A DNA stretch of 64,000 nucleotides from an uncultured Verrucomicrobiae bacterium (GTDB lineage Bacteria > Verrucomicrobiota > Verrucomicrobiia > Chthoniobacterales > JAFAMB01). The first letter of the stretch is position 1, and each line of letters opens with the position of its first letter. Under the pieces are notes generated by a model that ran no database searches, was not told the DNA's origin, and saw only the letters and a list, made by a program, of their open reading frames with translations. A program made the position numbers and the translations under genes. Shown here piece by piece: positions 21,224-31,108 of the stretch. The DNA is taken from assembly GCA_963813025.1 (NCBI GenBank), contig CAWEXO010000015.1, positions 99,849-163,848 on the forward strand, given 5' to 3'.

Positions 21224-23431
21224 CTACGCTGGCTGGTGGACTCGCGGGACGGCATCTCTCATCTTGCCAACCGCTTTCGCCACGACCGGTTGTGTTTCAA
21301 CCTGGGTTCGCTTCTTTTTGCCGGCTTCTTCCAAAAACGTCGCTTGTGCGTCGACTCGCTCGCCTTCGATCGGCAATCGCGCATAAGTCGGTTCGGAACT
21401 TTGTTGACGTCCTTTCACATTATCCCGCCAGTAAATTTCGAGAATGCGAGCGACCTCGTTCCGCAGGTCCGGGTGTTCAATGGGAAAGCAAGACTCAACG
21501 CGCCGAAAGAAGTTGCGCGGCATCCAATCCGCCGAGGCCAGATAAGTTTCCGGGCTGCCGTCGTTTTCAAAACAAAAGACCCGGCTATGCTCGAGAAATC
21601 GGCCAACAATACTGCGGACAGCAATATTCTCGCTGATCCCCGGGATACCCGATCGGAGACAGCAGATCCCTCGCACGAGCAATCGAATTTTTACCCCAGC
21701 CTGAGATGCCCGGTAAAGCGCATGGATCGTGTCGGTGTCCACCAATGCATTGAGCTTCACGAAAATTCCCGCTGGCCTCCCCGCTGCCGCATGTTCGGTC
21801 TCGCGCTCGATCATTTCGAGGACAAAATCGTGCAAAACCTTCGGCGCTGCCTTCATCTTGCGGAGGTCCGGGAACACCGAGACACCCGTCAGCCAATTGA
21901 ACAGTTCTGCGCAATCATTGGTCAGAATGGGATCACAGGTGAGCAGGCTGAGGTCAGTGTAGAGGCGAGCGGTTGAGGGATGATAGTTGCCCGTTCCCAA
22001 ATGGAGGTACCGCCTGATAGCGTCCTCCTCCTTGCGCACCACCAAAGTGAGTTTGGCGTGCGTCTTCAAACCCACGATGCCGTACACCACGTGAACGCCG
22101 GCTTCCTGCAAGGTGCGAGACCACTTGATGTTCGCTGCCTCGTCGAAGCGCGCTTTCAGTTCCATGACCACCGTCACCTGTTTCCCGCTCTCCGCCGCCT
22201 CGGCCAGAGAGGCGATAATCGGCGAGTCCCCACTGGTACGATAGAGCGTCTGTTTGATTGCCAGCACGTTCGGGTCTTCGGCCGCCTGCTCCACAAAGTC
22301 GAGCACCGTCTGGAAGCTGTCGTAGGGATGATGCAGCAGAATGGGACGTCGCCGGATCTGGGTGAAAATGTCCTCGTGATCCGCGGAAGGCGTGACCACG
22401 TTGGGAACAAACGGTTTGAACTTCAGATCGGGACGATCGACCTCTGCGATCACCGGCATCAACCGAAGAAAGTTGATCGGACCATTTACCACATACAGAT
22501 CGTCTGGAATCAATCCAAAGGTCTGGAGCAGCTGTGTGGAAATATGCGGCGGACAATCGGATTGCACCTCCAGGCGAACGGCTGCCCCGCGGTTTCGCTT
22601 TCGCAGCTCCAGCTCGATTGCCTTCAGCAGATTGTCCGATTCTTCCTCGTCGAGATACAGGTCGCTGTTTCGCGTAACCCGGAATTGATAAGCGCCCTTG
22701 ACGGTGATCCCATGAAAAAGAGAGCCCACATGTGCCTGGATCAGATTGCCGATAAAGATGTAACGATACATCCCATTCTGGCCGGCTTTGTAGGGGAGCA
22801 ACCGAGGTAAAATGCGCGGCACCTGAACCACGGCTAGGCTGGTGCTTAAATCCTTGCCAGCCAACTCCACGGCAACATTCAAGCTCTTATTCAGGAGTTG
22901 AGGAAAAGGGTGAACCGGATCAACTGCCAAAGGGGTCAGGACCGGGTAGACCGACTGATCGTAGTACTTCGAATAGTATTGCTTCTCTTCTTTGCTCAAC
23001 TCGTCATACCGAAGAAAAAAAATGTTCTGTTCTTCCAGCGCGGGCACCAAGCCGTCGCTCCACAGGCGATATTGGTCGTCCAGCATGCGCCGAGCGCGCT
23101 CCGAAACAGCCGCGAGTTGCTCGCTTGGACTCATCCCATCCGGGCCGGTATCGCTCAGGTTACTTTCGCGCTGCTGTTTCAGACCGGCGACCCTGACCTC
23201 AAAAAACTCGTCGAGATTCGAGCTGACGATACAAAGGAACTTCACTCGTTCGAGCAGCGGGTTGGTCGGATCATAGCCTTCCTCCAGCACTCGCTGGTTA
23301 AACTCGAGCCAGCTCAACTCGCGATTAACGTAGAGAGATCGGTCATTGAAAGCATCGGCCTTCTGCATAGATCCTTTCCTGGAAACAAATCGCTTGACTC
23401 TCTGCCTGGGCATCCTCTCCTCCACTCTCAC
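21224..23431 (-). CDS. ppk1: Polyphosphate kinase 1
   Basis: NRELSWLEFNQRVL, LHHPYDSF, TLYRTSGDS, GRFLEHSR; start may be the downstream MQKAD. Confidence 0.97.
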   Translation of the reverse strand: MRVEERMPRQRVKRFVSRKGSMQKADAFNDRSLYVNRELSWLEFNQRVLEEGYDPTNPLLERVKFLCIVSSNLDEFFEVRVAGLKQQRESNLSDTGPDGMSPSEQLAAVSERARRMLDDQYRLWSDGLVPALEEQNIFFLRYDELSKEEKQYYSKYYDQSVYPVLTPLAVDPVHPFPQLLNKSLNVAVELAGKDLSTSLAVVQVPRILPRLLPYKAGQNGMYRYIFIGNLIQAHVGSLFHGITVKGAYQFRVTRNSDLYLDEEESDNLLKAIELELRKRNRGAAVRLEVQSDCPPHISTQLLQTFGLIPDDLYVVNGPINFLRLMPVIAEVDRPDLKFKPFVPNVVTPSADHEDIFTQIRRRPILLHHPYDSFQTVLDFVEQAAEDPNVLAIKQTLYRTSGDSPIIASLAEAAESGKQVTVVMELKARFDEAANIKWSRTLQEAGVHVVYGIVGLKTHAKLTLVVRKEEDAIRRYLHLGTGNYHPSTARLYTDLSLLTCDPILTNDCAELFNWLTGVSVFPDLRKMKAAPKVLHDFVLEMIERETEHAAAGRPAGIFVKLNALVDTDTIHALYRASQAGVKIRLLVRGICCLRSGIPGISENIAVRSIVGRFLEHSRVFCFENDGSPETYLASADWMPRNFFRRVESCFPIEHPDLRNEVARILEIYWRDNVKGRQQSSEPTYARLPIEGERVDAQATFLEEAGKKKRTQVETQPVVAKAVGKMRDAVPRVHQPA

Positions 23432-23791
23432 GGCGCGCCACTGACCTTTTGTGACGATGTCGTGACATTATCGTTATCTCAAGCCCGGTCGACGAATAAA
23501 ATCGCCATCTTTTCGCCAGCAAAGTCCACCACCTCGCGGGTACTTCCTTCTAATTTGATGTTTTGCGGCGAAGATAGGTCAGGAAGTAAGCTAGAGACTG
23601 CCTCAACGCGTCTTCGGACCTGCAGAGGTCTTTGCGTAGCGTGCCGGTTCTCAATTCAGACAGGCTGGAAGCGCCTGTCGGACTTTGGGCAATCTGTGCA
23701 CGCGCAATCGAGCTATGGTTCGGAAGAGAGATCGAGGATGTCCCAAGCCGTCTCTGCCCCTGCGCCGGTAGATACGGTCTTGAATGTCAAG

Positions 23792-24484
23792 TCATTTGAG
23801 GATGGCAGCCAAGCGGGGATTGTAGGGTTGTTGGTGGCGAAGAACGCCGAAAACAATGTGGAGGAGTTTGCGCATGATCGCGCCACGGATGGCCAGGGAG
23901 TGTAGTTTGCGCGACTCAAGCTCTGCAGCCCATTGTCGGATGGGTTTGCACCAACGACGGGCCACGGCGGCAGGCAGATAGAGGGCTTTACGCAGGAAGG
24001 CGTCGCCGATTTTGCACAGCACGGTTTTGCCGTAGCGCGAGAAACCCGAGCGGCATTCGGCGGGAGTGAGTCCGGCATAAGCGGCCAGTTGGCGAGCCGA
24101 TTGGAACTCTTTACCGGCCAATTCGGCCAGCAACTTGGCGGCGGTAAGCTGGGCAATACCGGGAATGGAGCACAGCAGCTTGCTTTGGCGGCTTAAAGAC
24201 TCATCGGCGGCGATCAGCTCCAAGAAGACTGACTCGATGACCGCAACGCCTGCCTGGTGCAGGGCGGCGACCAACTGCTTGCCGTAGACGCCAGTGGCTT
24301 CCAAGGCGAAGTGGATTTGGCGGAGCGGCCAACCGCGGGCTTGGAGTTGGGCTAAAAATGCTCCGATGCCCGCCGCATCATTGCTGAACTTCCCCCGCCA
24401 GAGGCTGGTGCCGGTTTTGGAAAGCGCGCAAAAGTCAAAGGTTGCTTTTGCCAGGTCAATACCGATGCAGTAAGGTTTTTTCAT
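23792..24484 (-). pseudogene. IS110 recombinase with an in-frame internal deletion
   Basis: GIDLAK, LEATGVY, SIPGI and AAYAGL.P...SG are present; the KTDxxDA region and coiled coil are missing. Confidence 0.85.
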
Positions 24485-24537
24485 CAGACAGGAATTCGCG
24501 TTGAATTGGTTCTTTGTTTGATGAAGCGCTTGGGCGC

Positions 24538-24745
24538 GCACCTTTCCGACAGAGCCTTGTCCACACAGGCTCATGTTCCAACCCTGTTTGGAACGGCCTA
24601 AGATACGGTTCGGTCTTTTGCAAGGTGCGGCACGAGGAGGGTGGACTAATCTACCGGACAGGTTCTACCGACCTTTGGGCGAAGCAGTTTTCCACCCCCC
24701 TCGGCCAAGTTCTTCACCTCCAGAGTTCCGCCCTTGCGGGCGGCT
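24538..24745 (-). ncRNA. Predicted IS110 bridge RNA
   Basis: Two stem-closed internal loops whose guide segments match the flanking REP target and the element's own donor junction. Confidence 0.8.
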
Positions 24746-24779
24746 TTAAAAGGGAAAAAAGTTGGTGGGGCAAGGTACA

Positions 24780-24876
24780 AGGGCGAGAATTTATTTGAGC
24801 CGTCTTGGGAGGTGGCAACCTCTCCGTCCGGCTCAAATAAATTCTCGCCCTACCGCCACCAGGGCTCGCCCTACCG
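24780..24876. repeat. GTAG-family REP doublet
   Basis: agggcgagaatttatttgagccg ... cggctcaaataaattctcgccctac; related copies at ~25452, 44142-44277 and 57249-57412. Confidence 0.9.
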
Positions 24877-24912
24877 AAACAGGGCCGATAAGGTTGCGAG
24901 TGCTTAGAGCCG

Positions 24913-25377
24913 TCACCACCAATCAGCAAATCGGGTCATCTCACCTTGGAATCGCCAGCGCGCTGGCTCGTCCGTCAAGCCCGCCCTAATCGGATTCATG
25001 AGTATATACCGGTACCTTGCTTCAGCGCTGTCGTGGGCGCGAATCCGATGATGGAATGACCCGGACTGCCATCTGCAGCCTGGCTGATCGAATCGTAGTG
25101 AGATCCGCGATTTCCAAATCTTGATCCAAAGATCCAGTCCGGCTTGGCCTGAGCCCGGCCAAGCAAAGAAATGCAGGTGATCAGGCATGATCATGTAGCG
25201 CCCGACGTGCCAGTCCGTTGCTTCTCCCCACGCTGCAACGAGCAATGTCTGTACCGTATCGTTAGCCAGCCATCTGATTCGCTTTCGGGTGCACACGGTG
25301 ACAAGCACCAAAGTGGGCTGTTCGTCGATAAAAAGAACACCTTTTGCCGGGTACTTCCGCTGTGGTCGGTAGTACAT
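24913..25377 (-). CDS. REP-associated tyrosine transposase (RAYT, Y1 HUH)
   Basis: VTVCT, YMIMPDHLHF, WQSGSFHHRIR, YILMNPIRAGL; flanked by REPs. Confidence 0.92.
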   Translation of the reverse strand: MYYRPQRKYPAKGVLFIDEQPTLVLVTVCTRKRIRWLANDTVQTLLVAAWGEATDWHVGRYMIMPDHLHFFAWPGSGQAGLDLWIKIWKSRISLRFDQPGCRWQSGSFHHRIRAHDSAEARYRYILMNPIRAGLTDEPARWRFQGEMTRFADWW

Positions 25378-25645
25378 AAAACAGAATTACTAGTTGTGTT
25401 TTAACCCGACAATTTAAAAATACTCTTAATGTTGAGCTCTGGCCCTGCGCCGGTAGGGCGAGAATTTATTCGAGCCGGACGAGAGGTTGCCACATCCCAA
25501 AGACGGCCTCGCAACATGGCCTCGCCCCTGCGCCGGTATTCTGAGACGATCTCTAGCGCTCGCGCGACCAATCGCTTGATGGCGTATAGATTTCCAAAGT
25601 CCGACACCCCTGGAAGCCTGTGCCACCTTCCAGTGATCAAGCTGC

Positions 25646-26332
25646 TCAGTTGCGTCGGCCGCCGAGTAACGGAAGCAGGTAAAACAGCAGAAAGCTGAAC
25701 GAAGTCACAAAAGCGGCTACGTAAGTCAAAGCAGCCGCATCGAGCACCCGGTTCACGGCCGTAACTTCGGCGGGTCCCCTGATAAGACCCATCTGCGCCA
25801 GGATCCGTTTGGCCCGAGCGCTCGCGTCGAACTCCACTGGCAGCGTGATCAGATTGAATAGCATGATAATTCCCCAGCCCAGGCAAAGAATGATCAGCAT
25901 CGGGCGGAGCAAACCGGTCAAGAGCCCAAAAAGCGGCAGAATGCCAACCGACATGTTCGCAAACCCGACCAAGCCAGTAGCGGCCATCCGCCAGTTCAGC
26001 GGTGCGTAAGCCATTTTGTGCTGGACAGCGTGACCGCACTCGTGTGCGGCGATCCCCACAGCGGCGGTCGACGTGCCGTTGAAGTTGTCCGGCGAGAGCA
26101 CCAAACGTTTATGAATCGGATCGTAATGATCGCCTAAGGGCTGATTGCCTTCGTAGATCTGGACATCATAAATGCCAGAGGCCGTTAAAATTTGTTGGGC
26201 GGTTTCGGCTCCCGTCAATCCAGACGATGCCGGGACCTGGCTGTACTTCGCGTACGCGGCCTTCACTCTCCCTGTCGCCCAGAGGGACAAGGCCAGTGTG
26301 CCGAAGAATACAAGAAAGCTGAAAGATGTCAT
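25646..26332 (-). CDS. Putative neutral zinc metallopeptidase (YugP-like), membrane-bound
   Basis: DHYDP, AAHECGHAVQH, TLPVEFDASARA, AAALTYVA. Confidence 0.9.
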   Translation of the reverse strand: MTSFSFLVFFGTLALSLWATGRVKAAYAKYSQVPASSGLTGAETAQQILTASGIYDVQIYEGNQPLGDHYDPIHKRLVLSPDNFNGTSTAAVGIAAHECGHAVQHKMAYAPLNWRMAATGLVGFANMSVGILPLFGLLTGLLRPMLIILCLGWGIIMLFNLITLPVEFDASARAKRILAQMGLIRGPAEVTAVNRVLDAAALTYVAAFVTSFSFLLFYLLPLLGGRRN

Positions 26333-26450
26333 TGTACGAAGATACGCTTGTTCTGAGCGGACATCAAAAACCGGTACTCACTAAGGCCGGCGGAGTCTGG
26401 CGTCAATTTTGCTTTTCCTGCCCCGGCGACTGGATACTTTTCTACAGTCT

Positions 26451-27893
26451 ATGCGTGATTTGTTCGGCGGATACGACCCGGAGACCTATTTTGACGAGAT
26501 GTTTGAGTCTGCCGGTCAGGTTCGCCCGCATTATCGCCGGCTGTTTCAGCGTTACCGGGAGATGACCCGCGAAGAGTTCGACCGCAAACGCAGCGTCGCC
26601 GATACGTCATTTCTTACCCAGGGGATCACCTTCACCGTCTACAACGCCGACGAAGGTACCGAAAGAATCTTTCCCTTTGATTTGGTCCCCAGGATCATTC
26701 CCGCCGCCGAGTGGCAGTACATCGAGAAGGGTCTTACTCAGCGCATTACCGCGCTCAACCTCTTCCTGCACGACATTTACCACGATCAGAAGATCATCAA
26801 AGACGGCGTGATCCCAGCCGACATCATCAAAAGCGCCGTTCATTTCCGGCCTGAGTTCATGGGATTTAATGTGCCCCGTGACATTTACATTCACATCTGC
26901 GGTACGGATCTGATCCGCGATAGTTCGGGGGCGTACCTGGTGCTGGAGGACAACGCTCGATGCCCTTCCGGAGTGTCTTATCTGCTCGAGAACCGGCAGG
27001 CGATGAAGCGGGTGTTTCCGAACCTGTTCGGCAAATATGCTGTGCGGCCGGTTGACACTTACTGCCAGGAGCTGCTCGGAGTGTTGCGCTGGATTTCGCC
27101 ACGAAATGAAGCCGATCCAACGGTCGTTTTGCTTAGCCCGGGAATATACAATTCAGCCTATTTCGAGCACTCCTATCTCGCTAAGACCATGGGGATCGAC
27201 ATCGTTGTAGGCGCTGATCTGGTGGTAAAAGACCAGGCGATTTTCATGAAGACCACCCACGGATTGCGGCGGGTTGATGTCGTCTACCGAAGAATTGACG
27301 ATGATTTCCTCGATCCACAGGTCTTTCGACCCGACTCTTTGCTCGGGGTGCCGGGATTGGTTGATTGCTATCGGCACGGGAATGTCAGCCTAGCCAATAG
27401 CATTGGCACGGGAGTCGCTGACGACAAAGTGGTCTACTATTTCGTTCCGCGGATGATCCAGTACTACCTGGATCAAGATCCGATCCTGCCCAATGTCGAG
27501 ACTTATCTTTCCCACTTTGAAAAAGATCGAAACTATATCCTGTCCAATCTGTCGAAGCTGGTCGTCAAGTCGGCCAATGAAAGCGGTGGCTACGGCATGC
27601 TGATGGGTCCGGCATCCACCGAAGAGGAGCGCGAGAAATTCCGCGCTCAGATCCTGGCCAATCCCCGGAACTTCGTGGCGCAACATGTGGTGCAACTGTC
27701 GCGTTCCCCCTCCTTTTGCGATGGTCATCTCTGCGGCCGCCACATTGACCTCCGTCCGTACATTCTTTACGGCGAGAAAACCACGATTATTCCCGGAGGC
27801 TTGACGCGGGTCGCTCTGCGGGAAGGCTCTCTGGTCGTGAACTCGTCCCAGGGCGGCGGAAGCAAGGATACCTGGGTACTGAATGATAACTAG
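26451..27893 (+). CDS. Circularly permuted type 2 ATP-grasp protein
   Basis: [46 protein letters not shown]. Confidence 0.93.
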   Translation: MRDLFGGYDPETYFDEMFESAGQVRPHYRRLFQRYREMTREEFDRKRSVADTSFLTQGITFTVYNADEGTERIFPFDLVPRIIPAAEWQYIEKGLTQRITALNLFLHDIYHDQKIIKDGVIPADIIKSAVHFRPEFMGFNVPRDIYIHICGTDLIRDSSGAYLVLEDNARCPSGVSYLLENRQAMKRVFPNLFGKYAVRPVDTYCQELLGVLRWISPRNEADPTVVLLSPGIYNSAYFEHSYLAKTMGIDIVVGADLVVKDQAIFMKTTHGLRRVDVVYRRIDDDFLDPQVFRPDSLLGVPGLVDCYRHGNVSLANSIGTGVADDKVVYYFVPRMIQYYLDQDPILPNVETYLSHFEKDRNYILSNLSKLVVKSANESGGYGMLMGPASTEEEREKFRAQILANPRNFVAQHVVQLSRSPSFCDGHLCGRHIDLRPYILYGEKTTIIPGGLTRVALREGSLVVNSSQGGGSKDTWVLNDN

Positions 27894-27924
27894 CGAGGCT
27901 TAATTCCAGTCTTCAAAGACTCTT

Positions 27925-28887
27925 ATGCTATGCCGGGTTGCTGACGCGCTTTTCTGGTTGAGTCGCTACATTGAGCGCGCGGAGAACAACGCGCGCATGC
28001 TCGATGTCAACCTGCAACTCATGCTGGATGCACAGATCGACAATCGAAACACCCAGCAACATTGGGAGTCGATCATCTATTCGCTCGAAGATACCAAGGT
28101 TTTCCAGGAGCTCTATTCCGCGATCACAAATGAATCGGTGGTGGAGTACGTTGCTTTCGAACCCAAAAACTCCAACTCCATCCTTTCTTGCTTCTGCTGG
28201 GCCCGCGAAAACGCCCGCACGGTCCGAGAAGAGATCTCGGCCGAGATGTGGGAACAACTCAACCGCATCTACCTGGCCTTCCGCTCAGGGGAAGCACGCC
28301 GGCTCTTTGGTTCGAGCACGTACGAATTCTTTAAGTGGATCGTGGAAGGTTGCCAGCTTTTTCACGGAATCGCCGACGCCACGATGAGCCGGGACGAAGG
28401 CTGGGAGTTTTTACAGCTCGGCAAGTTCCTGGAACGGGCCGATCGGACTTCCCGCATTCTCGATATCAAATACCACATCCTGCTTCCCAAAGGCGAGCGA
28501 GTCGGCGGTAATGTCGACACGATCCAATGGATGGCTGTCCTCAAATCCTGCAGCGCTCTGGAGTCTTACCGGAAACATTACCAGGGTGAAGTGGCGCCTT
28601 GGAAAGTGGCTGAATTTCTGATCAAACATTCGACCTTTGCTCGATCGATTTTGTTTTGTGTCGATTCCATGGACGGGGCTTTGCATGACATCACTGGCGT
28701 CGATCGCCGAGAGTATCGCGAAGAGGCGGAGCGCTTGTCGGGCAAGCTGCTGGCGGATCTCTCTTTCATCACCATCGCGGAAATATTTGAGATGGGGTTG
28801 CATCAATATCTCGATCGGATGCAGTTGCGTCTGACCGAGGTTAGCGAAGCGGTTTATAGGGATTTCTGCCAGTGGTTGGACGAGTGA
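27925..28887 (+). CDS. Alpha-E domain protein
   Basis: MLCRVADALFWLSRYIERAEN, LERADRTSRILD. Confidence 0.92.
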   Translation: MLCRVADALFWLSRYIERAENNARMLDVNLQLMLDAQIDNRNTQQHWESIIYSLEDTKVFQELYSAITNESVVEYVAFEPKNSNSILSCFCWARENARTVREEISAEMWEQLNRIYLAFRSGEARRLFGSSTYEFFKWIVEGCQLFHGIADATMSRDEGWEFLQLGKFLERADRTSRILDIKYHILLPKGERVGGNVDTIQWMAVLKSCSALESYRKHYQGEVAPWKVAEFLIKHSTFARSILFCVDSMDGALHDITGVDRREYREEAERLSGKLLADLSFITIAEIFEMGLHQYLDRMQLRLTEVSEAVYRDFCQWLDE

Positions 28888-28895
28888 GTCTGCGG

Positions 28896-29516
28896 GGAGT
28901 TCAAGGAGTTCAAGGAGTTCAAGGAAGCCTCGCTCGCCGTGATATAAACAATTTTTTTTCTTGTTCTGTTATGTTGCACGTCTAAGATCCGGGGATGAAA
29001 AAAGCTTCATCTTTCCAAGACCTTATTGTTTGGCAGCACTCGCACAAACTGGTGCTCAAGACTTATGAGCTGACGAAATCTTTCCGCGCTCAGAACTGTT
29101 CTGTTTGACGGCGCAAATGCGCAGGGCCGCAATTTCTGTTCCAGCAAATATTGCTGAGGGTTTTCGGAAGCGTGGTGTACCAGATAAACTGCGGATACTC
29201 AATATTGCTCAGGGCTCGCTCGAAGAGCTCCGCTATTATTTTATCCTTGCCCAGGATCTCGGCTACGCCTTGACCGAGCTTCTCGACTCCAGCGCCGCCG
29301 ACGTGTCACGACTTCTTGTTGGGTACGCCAGCGGAATTGCGAAGGCGCGTTCGCGCAACGAGGAGGGAACTCCAACTCCTCGAACTCCTTGAACTTGCCG
29401 CGATTGCTCCCAGAGTTTCTCGACGGTCGAGACATCATCCGCGAGAGAGCAAGAGATAACCACAGCGAGGAGTGAACTCCTTGAACTCCTCCAACTCCTC
29501 GAACTCCTGCAACTCC
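28896..29516. repeat. Inward-facing 9-mer arrays (GGAGTTCAA)3 and (YYSAACTCC)n flanking a four-helix-bundle gene
   Basis: Left array 28896-28925; reverse-complement arrays 29367-29395 and 29473-29516. Confidence 0.88.
28995..29392 (+). pseudogene. Four helix bundle protein (23S rRNA IVP / Avd-like), single frameshift
   Basis: MKKASSFQDLIVWQHSHKLVLKTYELTKSF / ELFCLTAQMRRAAISVPANIAEGF...IAQGSLEELRY. Confidence 0.88.
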
Positions 29517-29522
29517 TCTCTC

Positions 29523-30719
29523 TCACCTCTCCAAAAACGGCCAGCGCGGAACGAAATGCCAACCGGTTGGCCGCCGGCGTCGGGATGTCTCCGCCTGCCG
29601 CCGATGACGCCGAGCAGGCTTCTTCGTCTCCGGCTTGACTTTAGCTAGTTTCTTCGTCACAGGCGTGCTCCAGACGAAAACATTGCCATCGTCGGCTCCC
29701 GCCGCGATCCATTTGCCATCCGGCGAAATGGCTACAGCCCAAACCGGTTTATCTCTGTCCAGAAGTTCCAGCCGGGTTTGCGGTGCCGGAAACTGGATCA
29801 GATTGACCCTGCCATCCTCGCCGCTGGTAGCGATCCAGTTTGAGCCGGGTGACCATGATACCCCGTGGGCGCCTCCCAAGCCGCTCTGGTGCGCCTGCAC
29901 CGCCATTACCGGCACGCCAGTGGCAGCGGAAAGAACTACGAGCCGCCCGTCCTGCCGCACACTAGCCAAGTATTTGCCATCGGGCGAATAGGCAACCCCG
30001 TTAACCTCGTCCTTTCCGTACCCGAATGGCGGGCGGTAGCTCGCCGGGACCTCCTGTTGGCGCCAGCGCTCAGTCGCGGAACCGAGATCGTAGACCGAGA
30101 CGCTGCTCCCCTCACCGCCGGTGCCAACGGCAAAAGTACTGTTGTCAGGAGCAAGATCCAAACTCAGCCCGCTGCCGTCGAGCTGAATCGTTGCCCGCGC
30201 GAAACCCGAGAGATCCCAGATCCTGGCGAAGCCGGACTGGTCAACGGATATCAAAGCATCGCCGCGCAAACTCCATTGCAAAGCCAAAATCCAGGAGCGT
30301 CCATCCAGCTTTTTGAAAAACTGAGTTGGCGTCCAGATCCAGATCGTGCCGTCCTGCCCGCCTGCCGCCAGCGACGCGGCATCGGGCGACCAGGCCAGCG
30401 CGGATATCTGGCCTTGATCGCTCCGCAGGACGTCTTCTTTCGTGAATTCCGGCGCACGATAAAGCCACACATTATCTCGTCCTGCCACCGCCAGAAGACG
30501 ACTGTCCGGGGACCAGGCGAGCCCATAGACACTTCCTTCCTGGTTAACGGACCAGATCGGCACGAGGGTGAAATCGGCGGCCGGCAAGAGCTCATCGTTG
30601 GCAGTCGAAGCACTCGTCACGGTCATAAGACCGAGCACGGTGCTGATCAGTAGCCCGCAAGAATTCCCCAAAAGGCGCAGGCTTCGATCTAGCGCAGCGC
30701 GGCATAGCTGTGGGTGCAT
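29523..30719 (-). CDS. Secreted WD40-repeat protein
   Basis: Repeated LAWSPD/VAYSPDG...GGQDGT.IW units; hydrophobic N-terminus; start uncertain. Confidence 0.85.
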   Translation of the reverse strand: MHPQLCRAALDRSLRLLGNSCGLLISTVLGLMTVTSASTANDELLPAADFTLVPIWSVNQEGSVYGLAWSPDSRLLAVAGRDNVWLYRAPEFTKEDVLRSDQGQISALAWSPDAASLAAGGQDGTIWIWTPTQFFKKLDGRSWILALQWSLRGDALISVDQSGFARIWDLSGFARATIQLDGSGLSLDLAPDNSTFAVGTGGEGSSVSVYDLGSATERWRQQEVPASYRPPFGYGKDEVNGVAYSPDGKYLASVRQDGRLVVLSAATGVPVMAVQAHQSGLGGAHGVSWSPGSNWIATSGEDGRVNLIQFPAPQTRLELLDRDKPVWAVAISPDGKWIAAGADDGNVFVWSTPVTKKLAKVKPETKKPARRHRRQAETSRRRRPTGWHFVPRWPFLER

Positions 30720-30825
30720 CCGTTCTTCGGTATCTCGTCGGAAATTTTCGCAAAAAACAAGATTTCGAAAGGTAGGATTACGGGTGACGTGCCCTTGTCC
30801 ATCCGATTTCAGTGTTCAAGGGCTT

Positions 30826-31103
30826 TAGTGCACCGTCTCTCATATACCGGTGCCCTCGTTGCGTTCAAAATGGGCCGCCGGCAAGGCGCGAGGAAAGCGC
30901 ATATCTCAATCGATACGCAACCGACGAGCAACGCAGCCGCTGGCTCATTTTCAACGCAACCCTTTGGGCCGCAGGCCGGTTGGCTGTTTTTCGGCGTTGC
31001 TCGCTCGATCCGTGTGATTCAGATATGGGCGCTTCGCTCGTGCCTTGAAAAACAGCCAACTGACCTGCGGCGATGGCCCCAATATATGAGAGACGGTGCA
31101 CTA
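30826..31103. mobile_element. MITE with perfect 21-bp TIR TAGTGCACCGTCTCTCATATA
   Basis: TIRs at 30826-30846 and 31083-31103; interior homologous to 37143-37457 in the opposite orientation. Confidence 0.85.
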
Positions 31104-31108
31104 GCCAC

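Larger units (their letters stand above)
23770..24781 (-). mobile_element. IS110-family element (IS621-like) inserted in a REP at an AG/CT core
   Basis: Removing it restores ccggtAGggcgagaattt, which is intact at ~25449-25466; the core dinucleotide is present at both ends. Confidence 0.88.
23673..25609. mobile_element. TIR-bounded composite module carrying RAYT, REPs and an inserted IS110
   Basis: Ends gcctgtcggactttgg...ccaaagtccgacaccc; 8-bp direct repeat CTGGAAGC at 23665-23672 and 25610-25617; arms match 57154-57505. Confidence 0.8.

Noticed and set aside
29075..29105. Programmed frameshift in the four-helix-bundle gene
   Set aside because: No slippery heptamer; a simple 1-bp loss (decay or sequencing error) is sufficient
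28995..29392. Diversity-generating retroelement (Avd-like gene)
   Set aside because: No reverse transcriptase and no TR/VR pair with adenine-specific differences was seen in the window
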